Source: Selaginella moellendorffii
Taxonomy: Eukaryota > Plantae > Lycopodiophyta
Direction: 5' to 3'
NCBI RefSeq assembly: GCF_000143415.4
Contig: NW_003314340.1
Span: 379,951-443,950 of the forward strand
DNA length: 64,000 nucleotides
The translations under genes were made by a program, and so were the position numbers. Within the stretch, counting starts at the first letter, position 1. Every line of letters starts with the position of its first letter. The notes below the pieces were generated by a model. The model was not told where the DNA came from and did not search any database. It saw only the letters and a list, made by a program, of their open reading frames with translations. Positions 25,905 to 36,900 of the stretch are shown piece after piece.

Positions 25905-28900
25905 AAAGAGGAGTCTGGTGGTGAGGTTTGGTCGTCCAAGGCTCGATTGGATGTTCTAGAAAAGCAGACTATAACCATTTAAGAATATGTTAATGGATTT
26001 ATGGCAAAGAGGATACTTATCACAGACATAGGGGATACAGATGCGTTCCATGCCTTCATATCAGGCTTGCAAACTTGGGCTCGCGGTGAGGTGATGTGTT
26101 GGATCCCGACCAACTACAAGGAAGCATTGGATGCGGCCATCAAAGTGCATTTCAACGATAACCTGCAAAAGGGGAATACGACGAGGTCGAGGTCTACGTT
26201 TAGCAAAGGGGCCAAACCAAGAGGAACATATAGCAAAGGGAAATTCAAGAAGAGTTTCTCTAAGAATGAGTCCTTAGGGTTCCGGAAAGGTAGATCCAGT
26301 GGCTAGCAATCAAGTATGTGGGGGAGTTAAGCAAAAAGAGACAAACCCAGGGAATGTCCCTACCCGAAAAAGGCCAGAGCCAATATGGCCATTAAGTCGA
26401 GTGAAATCCAAACTAAGGTATGTGATCCAATCCTTAGCTCAAAGTTACTCATTACATGAGCAACTTTGGTAGAGAGTCGTTCACGACATTTACTAACCCT
26501 TCGAGGGAAGTTCAAAGGTAGCTTTGTTAAGATGCTTATTGACATAGGTGCTTTGGATAATTTTGTGGCTATAGACATAGTCTAGCAAGCCAAACTAACG
26601 ATGTAGCGGCTGGAACCAAGGACGATAGAGTTTGTTCAAGGTAGCCAAAGCACCGATGAGATACTTCGACAAACAAAAGTTGAAGTAGGGACATGGAAAG
26701 TAGACATGGATTTCACTGTGTTGGACATAACGGGATTTAACGTAATCTTTGGAATAGACTGGTTCAATCAGTTCGTAATAGCCCTGCATGGACAAGGGAG
26801 GAACCTTGTGGTACTAGTGAATGCCTGGGGAGAACGATCTAGGGTGGAGGCCTAAGATCTAAAGGTAGGGCAATGTAAGGCCAAAGACTCTTACTTAAAC
26901 TTAGTGTCCACGAGAGGAAAACTCACTAAAGGAACCAAGGCAACATTTTTATGCTTACTCTCGGTGAAGAGTGACAAAAAGACAGGAACGAAAGAAGTAC
27001 CTTTAGTGATCCAGCGGATGTTAGCCCAATTCTAGGATACCATGCCAGAGGAGCCACCGACAGAGTTGCCCCCCACCCGACCGATAAAACACAAGATTGA
27101 GCTGGTCGAGGGTGCTAAGGTGGTGGTTCGTCCCCCCTATCATTTGAGAGAAAAATAACTCAAGGAGCTCAAGTGCCAACTAGAAGAGTTAGTTGACAAA
27201 GGGTATGTTAGGTTGAGCGAGTCGTTGTATGGGGTGCCAGTGTTATTTGTGAAAAAGAAAGATAAATCTATGCGCATGTGCATAGACTACCAGTTGCTTA
27301 ACAAGTATACAAAGAAGAACAAGTACCCTTTGCCAAGGATTGAGGACCTGTTCAATAGGTTGGGAAAGGCAAAATATTTCTCGAGGATTGACCTAAGGTC
27401 AGGATACTACCAGATCAGGGTAGCAGAGGAAGATATCAAGAAGACAACCTGTCAAACAAAGTATGGGAGCTTTGAGTTTCTAGTGATGCCCTTTGGGTTG
27501 TGCAATGCGTCAGTAACGTTTTCGGCACTGATGAACCATATCTTTATACCCTATCTGGATCAATTCATTGTCGTTTATATTGATGACATCCTGATCTATA
27601 ACAAGATGCTAGAGGAACATGTCAAACACTTGACAAAGGTGTTTGAGAAACTAAGGGAACACAAACTATATGCTAAAGAGAGCAAATGCGACTTTGCTCA
27701 ACAATAGGTAAAGTTTCTTGGGCATGTGGTGGGCCAAGACGGGCTCAAAGTGGACCCTAAGAAGGTCCAAGCGATCCAAGAATGGGAGCGACCATCGAAT
27801 GTACATGAGTTGAGGGCATTCATGGGGCTATGCAACTACTACCGAAAGTTTATCAGACACTATTCGAGAGTACCCTTACCCTTAACGAACCAAATGGGTA
27901 AAGGGAAGATGGTATGAACAGCAGAATGCGAGGCGGCATTTGTCCACCTCAAAGGGAAGTTGAGGAAGACACTTATGTTAGTGTTATTTGACTTTGGTAA
28001 GGACTTTGAGGTAGAAATGGATGCTTCAGACTTTGCATTGGGCTCAGTTTTGAAGCAAGACAACCATCCAGTGGTGTTCTTTTTGAAGAAGTTGAACAAG
28101 GCTCAGCAAAAATGGCCTGCCCACGAGAAGGAATTATTTGCGGTGGTCAAGGCACTCAAGGAGTGGCGACACTACCTTGGGAGGCACTTTAAAGTTTACA
28201 CAGATAATGTGGCAACAAAACACTTCTTGTCACAACCTGATCTAAGAGGGAAATAAAGTCGGTGGGCCAATGCTTTGGTTGAGTTTGATTGTAAGATTCT
28301 GTATAAACCTAAGAAGAGCAATATCGTGGCAAATGCTCTAAGTCAAAAAACAAGCTTGAAGTTAGCGATATCTAGCGTGATAGCAACCTTTTGGTCTAGC
28401 ACAAGAAGTGTTGTTGAAGAACCAAGAGGCGCGAGAAGCTCACCAGAGAGGTGAGTTGCCAACATAAGAGAAAACAGGTTATGTGGAACGCAATGGACTT
28501 ATCTATTATAAATAAACGAAAGTGTATATTCCTAAAGGGGAATTAAGGAAGGTAGCCTTAGAAGAGTGTTATGATGGACCTCTTGCGGGATACGGCAGAG
28601 TGCTCAAGATGATGGGCTTACTCAAGTGGAAGTATCACTGGCCAGATATGGCTAATGACGTCCAAGACTTTGTAAAGTCATGTCCAACATGTCAGCAAGT
28701 CAAAGCCATGACTAAGGCTAGTGGGGGCTTGTTACAAAGCATCCCAATTCCAGATCAGCCATGGAAATGTCTTACAATGGACTTCATCACGGGACTCCCC
28801 CCAAGCGAGGGTTCGATGCGATATTCGTGGTGGTGGACCGATTTTCAAAGATGGCACATTTCATACCCACCACCACGGAAGTGGATGCGGAAGGTGTAGC

Positions 28901-30506
28901 AAAGCTATTCTTCGAACAAGTGGTTCGAGTGCGGGGAAGGCCAGAAGAGATCATCTCAGACCGAGATAAGATCCTCAAGGATGAGTCTATGGGAAGTCAT
29001 CAATGGGTGAGCTATTGAAGGTCCTGTGGAACTCGGCGTGGCCGAGTATCATGGAGAGTTACCTACAGTGGAGGCATTCACGGCAGAAAGACTCAACATT
29101 TGGAATCTGGGCTCAACAAAAGCAAACCAAGTACGCGAACCAGAAGCGTCGGGATGTAGAGTTCCAAGCTAGGGAGAAGGTGTGGCTGAACACCAAGAAC
29201 CTCAGGCTACCAAGTGGGATCAGTCAGAAGTTGACCCAAAGGTAAAAATGCATGTATTCTTGTAAATGAATTGATCTTGAGTTCCTTAAGCAAGTTCGCA
29301 GGGCCTTACAAGATTGAGGTATGAATCGGTAAAGTGGCTTACTGTCTTCGACTTCCTCGAGAGATGGGGAAGATGCACCTAGTGTTCCACGTGAACTTAC
29401 TTAAGCTGTACTTTGAGGATCTGCTTCGCAAGGACTAAGTAAGACCTTTACATGAGGTTATCCAAGGGGAAGAGGAATACGAAGTCGAGGCCATCCTCAA
29501 TGCGCACAAGAGCAAGCGACAAGGACGTGAGGTGAGAGAGTTCCATATGAAGTGGAAAGGATTTCCACACTGCGAAGCAACATGGGAACCGGAGGAGAAC
29601 CTAGTGAACGCATAAGATCTAATGGAGGAATTTCTGCAAGACAAAACTTTATGTACTTATACAAAGTTTAATTAAAGTATCAATTTGTGAAGTTGAGCAA
29701 TGGCATATGTTGGGACTCGAAGGCATGCCGAAGGTAAGCTAATTAGCATGGGTTAGCTAGGTCGACCAGGTGTAAGCACTATGCCCGACTCCCCACGGGG
29801 ATGTCCAATCCGTAGACGTATTCTACGGAGGTTGGGTTCGAGTCCCAACCCCCTAGTAAAGCAAGGCTGGGTTCAAGTCCCGACCCCATACTAGGGCATG
29901 GTGAGGTGAGGGGTATAGGGACATCTATATTCCATTGTCATGGGCTCTTGGCCGGGGAGGCTAACATAGGCACACTGCTAAGTGGGGGGATGCCCCCAGA
30001 GACATGGTCAACAAGTTGTAGGGTTTAAAAAGAGACGTTCGATGTCGGCATCGAACTTCTTCTATGGGTGGTGGAGTTGTAAAGAACCAACTCCCTGAGG
30101 TGTTATAGGCTAAAGGATCCCCGAAAGCATGACCAAAATAATAAAGAGTTCATCAGATGGGACTGAGTCCGAGATCGAATCCAAGACCGACTTTGAGACC
30201 GAGTTCGAAATAGAGTCCGAGATCAAGTCCGAAGTTCGAGACCGAGTTCGAAACCGAGTTCAAGACTGAGTCCGAGATCCGAGAATGGGTTCAAGACCGA
30301 GTCCGAGTTCGAGTCCGAGGTCGAGTCCGAGATCGGGTCCGAGGTCGAGTCCGAGATTTATTTCGAGACCAAGTCCGAAGTCAGGTCCAAAATCGAGTCT
30401 GAGACTGAGTCTGAGTACTAATACAGGTCAAGGGGTGAAAGCCCAAAGTGTGCGTCTCCCCGGGGGGGCTGCAGGGGTTCCAAAAGTATAGTAGGGATAG
30501 TGAAGT

Positions 30507-31130
30507 AATTTTTGTAGATGTAGTGCTAGTAAAACTTTTTATAGCTTTATTTTTTATAAATTTTCTTATAGAAAAGCTTATTGCATATTCAAATCATTTA
30601 TTTATATATTAAAATCTTTTACGCTTGACTGAAACTCTTTTAATGATTGTGGGGGATGAGATCCAAAAACCTAAGCATTCTCCACAAATATAAGTGCTCC
30701 ATTTTTTATTGTACTTTCAAAATAAAAATAATTTTCTTATTCTTTTATGATTTAATGGCCCACTTTGTCATCAAAGACTCTCCCTAAGTTTAAACTTCCA
30801 AGTTAATCCTTAACATTTTACATTGATAATTCGATATTATAAAATAATATTTTATCTTTATTAGCTTTCAAACCAATATTATAAGATGGGGACTTAACCG
30901 TCTCAACTAAGTCACTGTAAGTCATGTCATCAAATAGACTTATGTTTGTTAAAAAGAATGCTCAGTTAAACATTGATTATTGCATAAATCTTAAAAAGAG
31001 TAATTATGGGTTTTTTTTTTGTCTAGGCTAATTTCTAAGAGGATAAAATTCTATATTAATAAATCACAATCATCAACAAATGTGAATTACTTAGGAAAGA
31101 AAATAAACACTCTTGCCATTTTCTTTCTAG
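30507..31130 (+). pseudogene. Continuation of the hypermutated FHY/RFK relic; the first ~275 bp duplicate 24489-24758
   Basis: gtcatcaaagactctccctaagtttaaacttccaagttaatcc matches 50368-50410; ctgtaagtcatgtcatca matches about 50604; gtctaggctaatttct matches about 51153; aaacactcttgccattttct matches 51361. Confidence 0.8.
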
Positions 31131-32894
31131 AATTAAGTGAAGGTCTAGAATAATTATATATTGTTGTTTTAGGACTAGAAACTATAACAACTTTTTGTAA
31201 ATATTGTAGGATGGTTTTTGTTGCTTCTCTTTTTTTTAGTGTCATTATTTTATGAGGATGTGGTTCTTTTAATCCAATTTGAAAAACAATATGACATGGA
31301 AAACTTATCCCAGTTTTACATGCTTATATTACAGTTATATATTTTCTTTTATATGGAAAATTGGAGTGTAAAATATACCCTTTATGGCCACTGTCAAGAT
31401 CACCATACCTATGATTGCATCTGCAGCCATGATTTATATTACCATGCCTCCCATAATGATTGCAACCATCACAAATTGGAACTATATACTAACTCGAGTG
31501 GGATTTACTTCTTTATCATTTTAAAAATTGTAACTTACGGCTATAAGCAAATGCATAATTTTCATTGTGGAAATGATTTTGGCAAGATTATAACTCAAGG
31601 TAAATGTAAATATGGCAAAGGTTAGTGTAATAAAATTATAACTCAAGGTTATGGGGTAGGGCATTAAATTAGCCATCATCCTAAATTCATAATGTTCAAA
31701 AATGGATCTTCTCAAGTTTGTGAGAACCTAGTCATTGATTATATATAGGAAAAAAATATCTAACTCAGTGAGGGAAGTTTATGTTAAATGATAGGATGCT
31801 AAAAAAATTTATACTAGGAAGTTTAATAGATCTTTTCTATGTAGTGATAATGTAAAAAATAAATATCTCCTCAAACAAAATACTTCCTCCAACTTATCAA
31901 GAATTGTAAAATCCATACCCATCTCCACAAAATTTTAAATGAAATTGAAAAGTTGGTGAGTGCAACATATAAGGATGAAACATGTTTCATTTCCTTTGAA
32001 GACATTATTGACAAAGTGGTAAAACTTCATCTAGTGCTAAAGTGATTTTAGTTATTGATTTTGAATGTCTACTTTAATACCTTTAATTAGAATTTGAATA
32101 ATATATGGGGTTGTTACAACAAACTTTATTTTGCATAGACAATGGTAAATCGAGCTCACTTAAAAGTAAAGGAGTTAGAATCAAATTAAGAGTTTTACAT
32201 AAAAGTGTTAGCTTTTATAAAAGATATTAAGTTATACAGTTAAAATAAAGGTTTAAAAGAAAGGATTAACATCCATTTATCAAAGGTTGTAATTACTTAT
32301 TTACTTTTCTAAGTTAGAGTCAAAAACATTAAATACCATAGTGGGATTATTAAATCAATTAAAGTTGTAAAAAAGGTTTAGCTCATCTCTAAACCTTTTA
32401 AACTTTCACCTACATTCCACAATTATGCTTATGCTCAAGAGGCACTTCTCGATCTCAAGAGAGGTGATGGAGAGCAAAATAACCAAAGACTTCCATACAA
32501 GCTTTCAAAGTTTATACTTTGGAAGTAGCAAATGATTTAAATGTTTTCTTCTCTAATACTTTACTTCTTATATCACAGTAGTTAAATAAATGATAATGGT
32601 AAAAATGTATGTCACTATTCATAGTAAATTCCTTTTTGACTTCTTCTTTCATTTATCATTTTGAGATAACACTTTAAGATTGTTTGTGCAACTGAAATGA
32701 ATCTTAGCTTTATTTATGGATGTAAGGATAATTTTTGCTATGGTAATGATTTTCGTAACTAGTGTGACAAGATTGCAACTAAGGGTAGATATGAGTGTGG
32801 CAAAGGTTGGTGGGGTAGGATTATAGCTCAAGGTGGTGCGGAAGGGCATGAAGTTGACCACCATCATAATTTTTTTATGTTCAAGGATAGATTT

Positions 32895-33018
32895 TTCAAT
32901 TTTGGAATTCCAAATATATAATAGAGATATATCATATATCATTTACACAAACTGGCATTCAATTTTGGAATTCCAAATATATAATAGAGATATATTATAT
33001 ATCATTTACACAAACTGG
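32895..33018. repeat. 63-bp tandem duplication, two copies
   Basis: ttcaattttggaattccaaatatataatagagatatat.atatatcatttacacaaactgg at 32895 and 32958. Confidence 0.9.
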
Positions 33019-33284
33019 GGAATGCCATGTTGAGTGAAGTCAAAAAATAACTCAATACCATGCCTTAAAGCCTTTTGCTTTCTCATGACTCTACCGTTCA
33101 AATATACAAGAAAAACTACCAATTACACATTATGTTATTGTAAAAGAAACAAAAGGGAATTTTTGTGTATTATGAAATTTTCAAGTCATTTTCAAATTCG
33201 ATTAAAGACATTAATGCAGTTCAAAAAAATTTCAATCCATTTTTTTTTCTTTCCAATTATTTATTTCTCTCCTCAAATGATTCG

Positions 33285-33650
33285 TAGATGATAGAAATAG
33301 AGTTTTAATCAAGCTAAAAATATAAGATTTCTCTGAAGTTCTTTAATTTTATTTTTGATTTATAAATCTACTCCACATGGTATTCTTTGAGGAATGTACA
33401 AAACATTGTCAAACATTATGAAAATCTAAAGGTTATGCTTTCAAATAATTTTTTTTCCAACTATTATTTTTATCATGCTAATGGTATTTTTCAAGAAATG
33501 GGTGATCTTGCAAATCTTACACTATTTTAATTGTTGCATAATACAATTTGCATTAATTTTAGATTGAAAATTTATGATCAAATATTCTTCTCTCAAAATC
33601 TTTCAAGGATGGAGCTAACATTCATGGATACTATGAATGGCTTTCAAGGC
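33285..33650 (+). pseudogene. AT-decayed relic of a glycoside hydrolase family 1 (beta-glucosidase/mannosidase) gene, C-terminal exons
   Basis: Colinear fragments DRNRVLI, *GMYK, KHYENLKVMLSNN, MGDLANLTL and DGANIHGYYEW parallel GH1 ERNGVPI..WGMYK..KERYGNPTMILSENG..MDDPGNVTL..DGANVxGYFAW. Confidence 0.55.
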
Positions 33651-33843
33651 ATGATTTAGTCTCATTTACATTGACTTAAAATTAATAAAAATGGGATTAA
33701 GATAAGCTATTAAAAGTAAATTAAAAGAGATTATTGTTTTTATGATTGCTAAGATATAATCATTACTTTATTTGTATCATAAATAAAACAACTAGCATAC
33801 ATGTGAAATATACTTTGCAAGGTGGTTAGTTTTACATATGTCT

Positions 33844-33846
<3 letters not shown>

Positions 33847-33902
<56 letters not shown>
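33847..33902. repeat. Compound (AT)n(GT)n microsatellite abutting gypsy copy 2
   Basis: Directly visible; the GT run merges into the LTR's initial TGTG. Confidence 0.95.
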
Positions 33903-33903
<1 letters not shown>

Positions 33904-36900
33904 AGGGCCAAGTGTACGGCTACGATGCCGTATACTAATATTAGCGTAGTGGATTTTGGTAGCCGTCGGATTGGTTTCAATCCGGACCACTCGCTCCTGT
34001 ATATAAGCTAGGGTTTTTGAATTAATTGATATGCACATTTCTGTATTCCCTTTCCATATTCCATGCATTCACATTGGTGGAGATGAGGGGCACCTTTGAT
34101 TGTCCCTGGGGAGTGCTTGGATTTGGGATTTCGGTTTAGATCTAGCTTTTGCATTGTCTAGATCTAGCTTTTTCCATTTCCTTTCTTTTGTTCTTTCCTT
34201 TCAGGATTTTGGTTTAGATCTAGCTTTTTGCATTGTCTAGATCTACCATTTCTTTCTAGCTTTTTGTCATTTCTCTTCTTTTGCTCTTTCTTTCTCATTC
34301 ATTTTCATGGCCGATCCGCAATCTCCTCCTTTGACTCTAGAGCAGCAGTTGGTTCAATTGCTTGATGCTATGCACCTGCAATTGAACAACCAAACTCAGT
34401 TGATGGCGGCGTTCACGGCACATGGTACAACTCCTCCTGATTTTGGTGCCAATCCTCGCGTTCGGCCGGAGTTCTTTCGTGGGAATCCTGGGGATGATGT
34501 GTACCATTGGTTCGATCACTTTACGGTGATTGCCACATATCATTCTTGGGATGATGCTCGGCGTTTGCATGAGTTCCCCACATGTCTTCAAGGGACGGCA
34601 TTGCAGTGGTACAATGGATTGAGCGCAGCTACTCGTGGCGATTGGAGTGTTCTTCCGGACGTCTTCAAACGCGCCTTCGGACACGCCGACGATTGTGATG
34701 ATGCATTCCAACAATTGCATCGTCTTCGCCAAGGGCCATCTGAGTCGGTGATGCAATTTGGCATTCGTTTCTGAAGTCTTTTGCTTCGTGCGGAGCCAAA
34801 TATGTCGGAGCGGATCAAGCTAGGAATGCTGTGGCCAGCACTTCGTCAAGATCTTGTCGGACTTGTGCATGCACTTGCTCCTGCCACTCTTGACGATGCT
34901 CTTTGCTTGGCACAACGTTATGAGACGTCGCCTCTTCCACTTCTTGCTACACGTCCTTCAGCTCCAGTTCCTATGAGTGATGGTCCTGTTCCCATGGAGG
35001 TTGATGCTGCTGCTACTCGAGTCCAAGGACAAGGGCGAGGACGTGGTCGTGGCCGTGACATTCGTTGCTGGGCGTGTGATGAAGTTGGTCATACTTATCG
35101 GCGTTGTCGGCGCTTTCCGGATTGGCGACCTCCATTTCCTGGGTGGAGACCTTGGCGTCAGCAACGTCCCGTTGGTGCTGCTGCGGTGGAAGGTTTGGAT
35201 ACCGAGGTGCATTTGGGAAACGAGGAGTCGCGCGAGTAATGGAGGGACCTTGCGCGAATAAGTTAGTGACCCCTCCATCTTTCTTTCGGGAGTATCATCA
35301 AGGGGTTCACTCGGCACCGGTTCATCCAGTGTTTACTTTCCAAGCTCGTTTTTATAACAAGAGGTCTCCTATTCTTCTCTCCGTGTTGGTTGATACAGGT
35401 TCGAGTTTATCTTCTATTGCTCGACCTGTTGCCACACGTTGTCGTCTACACTTGCGTCGTGCGGCGGATCCAGTTTTCATTCTTTATGGCAACGGCCGTA
35501 CACATGCATGTGCACAAGATGAGGCGGACCTGGTTGTGCGTGTGGGTGATCTCGAGCTTGAGTTGCAGTCGTTGCGGGTGGTGCCGAGTCAAGCTTTTGA
35601 CCTCATTCTTGGTATGGATTGGTTGCAGCACAATCATGCCAAGTGTGACTTTGAGGCTTTTCCCCCTTGTCTCATACTTCCTTATGTTTCATCCATTCCT
35701 CTCACTTCTGTACCTCTTCGTCCCTCTACTTCTACCTCTGCTTCCATTACTTTTGTTCCCCCATTATTTCCTCTTGTGTTTCCATCTTGTTCTGCTCTTC
35801 CCTTTTCCGATCCCTCCGATGATCTTTGTGTTGCAGCTGTTGACCAGCTCATGAAGGAGTATTCTGATCTCTTTGAATTTGACCTATCGTCTGGGGCCAA
35901 GATTGCCACACGTTATCCCATTCCAACCGGGGATGCTCGTCCAATCAAGGTTCCTATTCGTCGTCGGTCACCCAAGGAGATCAAGATTTTACGTGCAAAC
36001 GTCAAGGAGATGTTGGAGAAGGGTGTTATTCGGAAGTCGCGGAGTCCTTGGGCATGTGAACCTCATCTTGTGACGAAGCTTGATGGGAGTATTCGTTTCT
36101 GCATCGACTATCGTCCGTTAAATGAAGTGACGATCCCGGACGTGTACCCTCTTCCTCACACTGCTGATCTCTTGGATCGTCTGGGGCGAAGTCGTTGGTT
36201 CACCAAGCTAGATCTTGCTTCTGGGTATTGGCAAGTACCGATGGCTGAAGACGATATTCCTAAGACTGCTTTTCGTACACCATTTGGTTTGTACGAGTTT
36301 TTGGTGATGCCGTTTGGTTTGAACAATGCTCCAGCAACTTTTCAGCGAATGATGGACGAGGTTCTTTGCGATATGCCGGAGGTGACGGCTGACTTCATTG
36401 ATGATGTCTTGATCCACTCGGAGGGGACATGGGAGGAGCATGTTCGTGATGTTTGTAAAGTGTTGGATCGGCTACGCGACGTTGGTTTAAAGCTGAAGCG
36501 GTCGAAGTGCGTGTTTGGGTGCAAGGACACAACTTATCTTGGGTACCGTATTTCTCGTGAGGGTTTGCAAGTTGATCCTGACAAACTTGTGGCTGTTCTA
36601 AAGTTCCCTACTCCGAAGTGTGTGAATGATGTGCAACGCTTTTTGGGTAAGGTGCAGTATCTCGGTCGTTTTGTGGATCATCTTTCCGATTGCACTTTAC
36701 CATTGCGAGCGTTGCTGAAGTCATCAACGTCATCTTTCATCTGGTCTCCCGATTGTGAGCGGGCGTTCGTGAATCTCAAAGAGCTATTGACGACTCTTCC
36801 GGTTTTGGCATATCCTGACTACACTCGACCTTTTATTTTGCGCGTGGATGCTTCTGACATTGGTCTTGGAGGTGTGTTGATGCAAGAGAGCTCGAGTGTG

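Larger units (their letters stand above)
24759..30505 (+). mobile_element. Decayed Ty3/gypsy chromovirus; 5' LTR from 24759 runs into the N-gap, 3' LTR from 30078 appears truncated
   Basis: LTR starts tgtaaggaactaactcccc and tgtaaagaaccaactccc. Gag and protease remnants at 25.9-26.8 kb, RT with YIDDILIY (27213-27707), RNase H MDASDFALG, integrase, chromodomain EYEVEAIL..KWKGFPHCEATWEPEENL (about 29470-29640), PPT-like gggtggtggagt. Many stops and frameshifts. Confidence 0.92.

Noticed and set aside
25210-25978. ORFs made of X residues
   Set aside because: Artefacts of the N-gap.
35390-35854. 154-aa hydrophobic ORF overlapping pol in both gypsy copies (possible env-like protein)
   Set aside because: The copies are nearly identical, so shared openness is uninformative; the composition follows from the pyrimidine-rich PR-RT linker.
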